A stretch of 32,000 bases of DNA from Ignicoccus pacificus DSM 13166. Its GTDB lineage: Archaea; Thermoproteota; Thermoprotei_A; Sulfolobales; Ignicoccaceae. Within the stretch, counting starts at the first letter, position 1. The number at the start of each line of letters is the position of its first letter. Positions 1-5,473 of the stretch are shown one piece after another. The position numbers were made by a program, and so were the translations under genes. Where the stretch lies: the NCBI GenBank assembly GCA_025340205.1, contig CP006868.1:60001-92000 (forward strand). Reading direction: 5' to 3'. Under the pieces are notes generated by a model, which searched no databases, had not been told where the DNA came from, and saw nothing but the letters and a program-made list of their open reading frames with translations.

Positions 1-1
1 T

Positions 2-511
2 CATACAGGAAAGAAGGTAGAGAGAGTGGAGAAGAACAAACTCATATTCCAGAATGGAGAAACTATGCACTATGACTTACTCATTTACGTTCCCCCGGTA
101 AGGGTTCCCAGACCAGTTGAGGGAGTGAGGGAGCTAATTGCTAATCCTAAGGTAATGAAGACTACATTCCCTGAGTTCAGAAATCCTACGTATAAAGAGA
201 TATTCCTACCAACTGACGGAGCCCTCCCCTCGATAGGACTCCCCATAGCCGGCATATTCATGCACGCAGCAGCGGTAGCGGCCGCCGACTCGCTCATAGC
301 AGAGCTAACCGGAGTTAGGGCGACCGTTCCCTATCCCCAGCAAATAGTGGCAGTAACGGACTTCGGTCCTACCGGTTACCTAGTGAGTTTCGACGTTGAT
401 GACAAGGGAGATGGTACAGCTACACAGAAGATGTACGTAACTTCAATAAACCCAATGATAAAGTTTATGAAACTTTCGTTCTATCTAGGATGGATAGAAT
501 CGCTTAAGTGA
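2..511 (+). CDS. SQR-like NAD(FAD)-dependent pyridine nucleotide-disulfide oxidoreductase, C-terminal part (5' end cut by window edge)
   Basis: The frame is open back to nt 2 (HTGKKVERVEKNKLIF...), so the ORF-track start at 26 is an artefact. The roughly 170 aa are collinear with the C-terminus of the complete 391-aa ORF at 16155..17330. Shared blocks: YDLLIY.PP.RVP..VEGV, AAVAAAD.LIA..TGVRAT, DFGPTG, GDGTAT, MKLSFYLGWI.SLK. Confidence 0.85.
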   Translation, partial: HTGKKVERVEKNKLIFQNGETMHYDLLIYVPPVRVPRPVEGVRELIANPKVMKTTFPEFRNPTYKEIFLPTDGALPSIGLPIAGIFMHAAAVAAADSLIAELTGVRATVPYPQQIVAVTDFGPTGYLVSFDVDDKGDGTATQKMYVTSINPMIKFMKLSFYLGWIESLK

Positions 512-522
512 GGTGAGGTAAC

Positions 523-972
523 GTGGAGAAGGCGAATCCCCTCGAGAAGATAGAGATGGAAAAGGTGGAAGAGGCAACTAAGGCGCTTGAGAGGCTATTA
601 GAGGCTCTGGCAAAGCTGAAGGAGACTGGTACCCTAGACATGCTCGTTGCCTTAGCTGAGATGTCTGAGGAGATACTGGAACTAGGACTTAACGATAGGA
701 GACTTCACCATGCTATGGCTGCTGGAGAAGGAGCATTAAATTCCTTAGAGGATGTAGATCCGATAAATCTGAAGGCGAATATCGAAGTACTCAGTGGATG
801 TACTATGAAGGCCCTAGAGAATCCAGAACTCTTGAAGAACATAAAGCCCATGGGACTATTCTCATTATTAAGTGTAGCTAAGGATCCAGACGTCGGTACT
901 GGACTGGCAGTAATGATTGCCTTGGCAAAGATGGTAGGTAAATGCATTAGGGAGCAGACAAAGAACCTTTGA
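523..972 (+). CDS. DUF1641-type small helical protein, partner of the upstream flavoprotein
   Basis: GTG start 11 nt after the upstream stop, preceded by GGTGAGGTGAGG (SD-like). Clear paralog of 15709..16140. Shared blocks: EATKA.E.LLE.LAKLKETG.LDM, DRRL.HAM, L.DPDV..GL...IA.AK..GKC. Confidence 0.8.
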   Translation: MEKANPLEKIEMEKVEEATKALERLLEALAKLKETGTLDMLVALAEMSEEILELGLNDRRLHHAMAAGEGALNSLEDVDPINLKANIEVLSGCTMKALENPELLKNIKPMGLFSLLSVAKDPDVGTGLAVMIALAKMVGKCIREQTKNL

Positions 973-978
973 TGAAAA

Positions 979-986
979 CTTTTAAA
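979..986 (+). promoter_or_regulatory. TATA-like box (CTTTTAAA) with purine-rich BRE-like GAAAA upstream; candidate tRNA promoter
   Basis: A/T box about 40 nt upstream of the mature tRNA 5' end, compatible with a short leader removed by RNase P. A 6-bp hairpin CCCTAG-N5-CTAGGG (987-1003) lies between box and tRNA. Confidence 0.35.
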
Positions 987-1022
987 CCCTAGTAACGCTA
1001 GGGTGAAACGGCGGGGAGACCT

Positions 1023-1099
1023 AGCGGGGTAGGGCAGCCTGGTAGCCCGCGGGGCTCATAACCCCGAGGTCGGTGGTTCAAATCCACCCCCCGCTACCA
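1023..1099 (+). tRNA. tRNA-Met (anticodon CAT), probable archaeal initiator; genomically encoded CCA
   Basis: Hand-folded cloverleaf. Acceptor AGCGGGG/CCCCGCT, D stem GGGC/GCCC, anticodon stem CGGGG/CCCCG with loop CTCATAA, variable AGGTC, T arm GGTGG-TTCAAAT-CCACC, discriminator A, then CCA. The A1:U72 pair and three G:C pairs next to the anticodon loop are initiator hallmarks. No intron. Confidence 0.93.
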
Positions 1100-1161
1100 C
1101 GCGGGGCCCCGCCACCAATCCTTCTAAACTTCCAGCAGTTCCCCCTCATGGTAGACTTCCC

Positions 1162-1947
1162 ATGGATCTGGGCTTGAGGGGAAAGAGGGTCCTAGTAACG
1201 GCTTCCACTAAGGGAATAGGTTACGCTGTAGCGAAGAAGATGTTGAGCGAAGGAGCTAAGGTATTCATCACATCTAGGAGCGAGGAGAACGTTAGAAGGG
1301 CGCTTGAAAGCCTCGAGGAGATAGGAGAAGTCTACGGAATTCCAGCAGACTTGACGGTTAGAGAGGATAGGGAAAGGATAGTAAAAAGTGCAAGGGAAGC
1401 CTTAGGCGGCATAGACATCTTCGTCTTTAATACGGGAGGACCCCCGCCAAAGGCCTTCTTGGATACTACTTTGGAGGAGTGGGAACACTCATACAAGCTC
1501 TTGCTCGAAAGCGCCGTTCACTTAACCAAGATGATACTTCCGGAAATGCTCGACAGGGGATGGGGGAGGATAGTCTATATAACAAGCGTAGCTATAAAAA
1601 TGCCCATAGAAGGCTTGGTCCTTTCCAATAGCATAAGATTAGGGATAGCGGGTCTAATGAAGACTATAGCCAGGGAAGTAAGCGGTAAGGAGGTAACGGT
1701 GAACGCGGTCTTGCCTGGTTATACCTTAACTGATAGAATGAAAGAAGTCTTGGAGAGTAGGGCCAAGAGAGAAGGAAAGACTTTCGAAGAGGTGGTGGAG
1801 GAGATAAGCGAGAGCATACCTCTAAGGAGGCTCGCGATGCCGGAAGAGGTAGCGAACGTAGTAGCCTTCCTGGCTTCGGAGGCGGCATCTTACGTCAACG
1901 GAGCTTTCGTTCCCGTCGACGGGGGGCTTATTCCCACGGTATTCTAA
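1162..1947 (+). CDS. short-chain dehydrogenase/reductase (SDR) family protein, atypical active site
   Basis: N-terminal Rossmann motif TASTKGIGYAVA, NTGG (NNAG-like) and overall SDR length and layout. The position of the catalytic YxxxK reads S155-N-S-I-R159. Confidence 0.88.
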   Translation: MDLGLRGKRVLVTASTKGIGYAVAKKMLSEGAKVFITSRSEENVRRALESLEEIGEVYGIPADLTVREDRERIVKSAREALGGIDIFVFNTGGPPPKAFLDTTLEEWEHSYKLLLESAVHLTKMILPEMLDRGWGRIVYITSVAIKMPIEGLVLSNSIRLGIAGLMKTIAREVSGKEVTVNAVLPGYTLTDRMKEVLESRAKREGKTFEEVVEEISESIPLRRLAMPEEVANVVAFLASEAASYVNGAFVPVDGGLIPTVF

Positions 1948-2012
1948 GGATCTCACCCTTTCTTTTGCGAGATATCCCTTCCTACCCCTAGATATCAAAG
2001 GGGGAATTGCTT

Positions 2013-2022
2013 AGAATAAAGA
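2013..2022 (+). promoter_or_regulatory. TATA-like box AGAATAAAGA, about 28 nt upstream of ATG 2046
   Basis: The spacing fits a leaderless or near-leaderless archaeal transcript starting at ATG 2046. This argues against the TTG at 2007 given by the ORF track. Confidence 0.3.
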
Positions 2023-2045
2023 ACGGTCGAAGACTATTGAATAAG

Positions 2046-2366
2046 ATGATCGAAGAGTACCTGAAGAAGGTCTACGAGTACAACTCAAAGCTTCCCAAAG
2101 GCGTGACGCTAAAACCCATTCACTATGTAAGGAGCAAGGGGAAAACCTACGTCTACATAGGTAAGTACTTTTACAAGTATGAAAGAGTTAACGGGAAGCT
2201 CAAGTGGAAATACGTGGGCAAGGAGCCGCCTAAGGGGTGTCCTCCTCCCCCTCTCTTCCCCCTAGACGGCTTTTCCGCTAGGGTTGAGGGGGAGGACCTC
2301 TTAGTTAGTGAGGAAGTGTATAGGAAGTATTTGAAAGATGTTCTACAGAGGGAAACGGTTGCTTAG
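2046..2366 (+). CDS. hypothetical protein, Lys/Tyr-rich (KGKTYVYIGKYFYKYERVNGKLKWKYVGK) followed by a Pro-rich linker
   Basis: Long ORF in the same orientation as its neighbours, TATA-like box at -28, T6 tract after the stop. I recognise no family. The ORF-track alternative start is TTG 2007. Confidence 0.6.
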   Translation: MIEEYLKKVYEYNSKLPKGVTLKPIHYVRSKGKTYVYIGKYFYKYERVNGKLKWKYVGKEPPKGCPPPPLFPLDGFSARVEGEDLLVSEEVYRKYLKDVLQRETVA

Positions 2367-2376
2367 CGTCAGAACC

Positions 2377-2382
2377 TTTTTT
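2377..2382 (+). terminator. oligo-T tract (T6) 11 nt after the stop of 2046..2366
   Basis: Archaeal termination typically occurs at oligo-T. The tract lies in a 48-nt intergenic spacer. Confidence 0.3.
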
Positions 2383-2414
2383 CAGTAAACCGCTAAGGCG
2401 CTAAGGGATATGGA

Positions 2415-3530
2415 GTGACGTTTGATCCCCAGAAGTTCATAGAGAAGAAAATCGAAGAGATAAAGAAGTTAGTTGGAAACGAGAAGGTTTTGGCAGCAGT
2501 AAGCGGTGGAGTGGACTCCACCACCGCAGCAGCTCTAACCTTCAAGGCTCTAGGTCCTGAGCAGATTAAGGTAATATTCATCGACACAGGATTCATGAGG
2601 GAAGGTGAGCCCCAGTGGGTAAAGGAAATACTAAAGGACGTTATGCCTGTGGAGATAGTTGATGTAAAGGAGGAGTTCTACAAACGTTTGATGGGACTTT
2701 CTGATGCGGAGGAAAAGAGGAAGGTCTTTAGAGAACTATTCTATAATGTGGTTTCCAGGGAAGCTAAGAAGTGGGGCGCTACTTGGTTAGTTCAGGGAAC
2801 TACTGCCCCCGACTGGATTGAGACTACCGGCGGAATAAAGACTCAGCACAACGTGCTTGAGCAGTTGGGAATAAACGTCAGGGAGAAATGGGGCTTCAAG
2901 CTCTTGGAGCCCTTAGTGGAGCTGTACAAGGATGAAGTAAGGGCGGTGGCTAGGGCCCTAGGCCTCCCAGAGGAGATAGCCTCCAGACAGCCCTTCCCAG
3001 GTCCCGGACTACTAGTGAGAGTCGTCGGAAAGGTAACCATGGAGAAGCTAGAGGTGGTCAGGAAGGCCACTAAGATAGCCGAAGAGGGGCTTAAGGAACT
3101 GAAGCCTAGCCAGTACTTCGCTGCTGTTTGGGAAGATGAACTTGGCGAAAAGATCATGGAAGAGCCGGAGGTCTACCTCTACAAGGGCGTTAGGGCTACT
3201 GGGGTAAAGGGTGACTTGAGGGCCTACGGTCCCATAGCCCTCGTCAAGAACGTCGAATGGAATAAGGTCTATGATGTCTGGAAGGATGTGATACATAGGA
3301 ACAACGAGGTGACCCACGTCGTAAGCGAGTTGGTTGAGGAAGGAGAAGGTAAGTACACCGTCTCCATCAGAGCGGTGGTGACGGAGAACTTCATGACGGC
3401 CGATGTACTTAGAGTAGGAAAGGATAAGTTAGAGGAGATCGCCAACGAGATAATTAAGAACGTACCTCATGTGAAGAGGGTAGTCTATGACGTCACGCCT
3501 AAACCTCCAGCCACCATAGAGTACGAGTAA
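2415..3530 (+). CDS. guaA: GMP synthase (glutamine-hydrolysing) subunit B, ATP pyrophosphatase subunit
   Basis: PP-loop SGGVDS near the N-terminus, dimerisation-domain layout, and the characteristic C-terminal KPPATIEYE (family consensus KPPATIEWE). GTG start. Confidence 0.92.
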   Translation: MTFDPQKFIEKKIEEIKKLVGNEKVLAAVSGGVDSTTAAALTFKALGPEQIKVIFIDTGFMREGEPQWVKEILKDVMPVEIVDVKEEFYKRLMGLSDAEEKRKVFRELFYNVVSREAKKWGATWLVQGTTAPDWIETTGGIKTQHNVLEQLGINVREKWGFKLLEPLVELYKDEVRAVARALGLPEEIASRQPFPGPGLLVRVVGKVTMEKLEVVRKATKIAEEGLKELKPSQYFAAVWEDELGEKIMEEPEVYLYKGVRATGVKGDLRAYGPIALVKNVEWNKVYDVWKDVIHRNNEVTHVVSELVEEGEGKYTVSIRAVVTENFMTADVLRVGKDKLEEIANEIIKNVPHVKRVVYDVTPKPPATIEYE

Positions 3531-3541
3531 CCGAGCTCTAC

Positions 3542-3546
3542 TTTTT
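3542..3546 (+). terminator. oligo-T tract (T5) just after the guaA stop
   Basis: CTTTTT 12 nt downstream of the TAA stop. Confidence 0.25.
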
Positions 3547-3579
3547 AGGAGAGCGTAGAATCTACCTTGGAAGAATAAC

Positions 3580-4935
3580 ATGACAGCCTCAAACGAGAAG
3601 AAGCTAGGTTTGATTCAGCTGACGGCTCTGGGAGTAGGAATAATAATAGGTGCCAGCATATTCTCATTAATAGGAGTTGGAGCACAGATAGCGAAGCATA
3701 ACTTGCCAGAAGCGTTCGCCCTTTCATCCCTCTTCGCGTTCACAGTGGCCTACTCTTATGCCAAGCTCGGAACGATATACGTCTCCAACGCCGGTCCTAT
3801 AGAATACGTCATGAGAGCCTTTGGAGATAACGTCTTTGTAGGATTTCTCGCTTTCATCTATTGGTTTAGCTTCGTTATATCGATATCGCTATTCGCCAAT
3901 TCATTTGCTGGTTACTTCTTGGGGTTCTTAGGCCTGGTTAACAACACGTTACTCTTCTATATTGTAGAGATATTGGTAGTTATAGCCTTTGTCCTACTGA
4001 ACTTCAAGGGATCCAAAGCAGTAGGCGATGCGGAGACTTTGTTAGTGGCGATAAAGCTAGGTATATTAGGCATCTTCGTAATTGGTGGAGCTATGTTCAT
4101 TAAGCCTCAGAACTTAACCCCCGACTTCAGCGCAGCTGGAATATACGGAATGATAGTTGCTGCTTCGATGTACTTGCTAAGCTACGCTGGCTTCGGAACA
4201 ATAACTAACGCTTCGGAGAACGCGGAGAATCCGAGGAGGACAGTGCCTTTGGCGATATACTTAAGTCTGTTGATAGCAACCATAGTCTACGTCTCCGTAT
4301 CTATAGTGGCTATAGGAGCGGTACCTCTAAAGGATTTGATCAAGGCGAAGGAATACGCCTTAGCGGAAGCAGCCAAACCCTTCCTAGGTGAGTTCGGATT
4401 TACGCTAATTACCATAGGCGCCCTCATCTCAATATCCTCTGCCCTAAATTCAGCCCTCTACGGAGGTGCGAACGTTGCCTATGCTCTTGCTAAGAAGGGA
4501 GAGCTTCCAAGGATATTCGACAGAAGGGTGTGGTTCTCTGAACCAGAAGGACTCTACATAACCGCTGGTCTTGGTATGTTCTTAGCTGTGTTCTTAAACC
4601 TATCTGGAATAGCAGAGGTAACTACCATCTCATTCCTAACGATTTACCTCGCGGTAGCCATAGCACACTGGAAACTCAAGCATATAACGAAAGGGAATCC
4701 AACGATAATAATACTGTCTGTGATATTCATAGTGTTCGCTGGCGGTATGATAATGTACTACAGCTTCCATCAGAATCCTAGGGCGTTCTATACAACCTTA
4801 GTAGCTCTAATAGGCTTCTTCTTGTTTGAATTAACTTACAGAGGAGTAACCAGAAGAGAGATGAAGATAAGGAACGTCTGGTACGAGATAAGAGGCGAGG
4901 CGCCGCCAGAAGACTTGGTATCTAAAAAACAATGA
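3580..4935 (+). CDS. APC-superfamily amino acid/polyamine permease
   Basis: About 12 predicted hydrophobic segments. N-terminal LGLIQLTALGVGIIIGASIF (APC G-rich TM1 signature). Paralogous in layout to 11814..13193. Confidence 0.9.
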   Translation: MTASNEKKLGLIQLTALGVGIIIGASIFSLIGVGAQIAKHNLPEAFALSSLFAFTVAYSYAKLGTIYVSNAGPIEYVMRAFGDNVFVGFLAFIYWFSFVISISLFANSFAGYFLGFLGLVNNTLLFYIVEILVVIAFVLLNFKGSKAVGDAETLLVAIKLGILGIFVIGGAMFIKPQNLTPDFSAAGIYGMIVAASMYLLSYAGFGTITNASENAENPRRTVPLAIYLSLLIATIVYVSVSIVAIGAVPLKDLIKAKEYALAEAAKPFLGEFGFTLITIGALISISSALNSALYGGANVAYALAKKGELPRIFDRRVWFSEPEGLYITAGLGMFLAVFLNLSGIAEVTTISFLTIYLAVAIAHWKLKHITKGNPTIIILSVIFIVFAGGMIMYYSFHQNPRAFYTTLVALIGFFLFELTYRGVTRREMKIRNVWYEIRGEAPPEDLVSKKQ

Positions 4936-5473
4936 TTTTAACTTTATCACCGTTTTTCAAAGACAATTCCTTTCTTAAATTAACAGGAGCTATTACTTCA
5001 ACTATTTCCGGTGGATGGTGAGTTTTCAGGGGAACGACTATGGCGGCTGGCCAGAAGTCGTTGATCTTCGCCGGGTATGTGAGCACCTCACCAAATCTGC
5101 GCCCGTTCTCTTCGAACCCCTTTAGGGTAATCGGTCTCTTGAAGTACATCAATAACCTCCTCTCCGCGCTCTCCGGGTCCAATAGCACGTTGAGCGTTCC
5201 AGGGTAAGGGCTGAACCCCATCTTCTCCTCTATTTGCTTCCGGTAACCCTCTAGGGAGAGGAAGTACTTGCCCTCCCCCTCTCCCGAAACTACCGTCCCA
5301 GCGAGGGTCAGCTTCTCCGAAATTAGCGCTCGGAGCAGTTCCTCTCCCTTGGTAGTTATTCGACCATCCTCTACCAGCCCAAGAAGTTCCAACTCCTTGA
5401 GCTTCTTCCTCAATACCTCCTCTGCCTTTCCCGATGAAGCCAACACTAGCGTTGCCATTACCAATGGATCCAT
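4922..5473 (-). CDS. ribK: CTP-dependent riboflavin kinase with a short N-terminal winged-helix remnant (RbkR-like)
   Basis: The C-terminal roughly 127 aa match the archaeal riboflavin kinase fold: GTVVSGEGEGKYF, GF.PYPGTLN, and the layout through the C-terminal ...GDKVKIIVF. The N-terminal 55 aa (..LKELELLGLVEDGRITTKGEELL) look like the wing and last helices of a wHTH. A stop lies 2 codons upstream of the ATG, so no longer N-terminus is available. Confidence 0.88.
   Translation of the reverse strand: MDPLVMATLVLASSGKAEEVLRKKLKELELLGLVEDGRITTKGEELLRALISEKLTLAGTVVSGEGEGKYFLSLEGYRKQIEEKMGFSPYPGTLNVLLDPESAERRLLMYFKRPITLKGFEENGRRFGEVLTYPAKINDFWPAAIVVPLKTHHPPEIVEVIAPVNLRKELSLKNGDKVKIIVF

Noticed and set aside
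2391-2406. Tandem 8-mer CGCTAAGG CGCTAAGG just upstream of guaA
   Set aside because: Only two copies and no further structure. It could be a slippage duplication in a promoter or 5' region, and I cannot attach a function.
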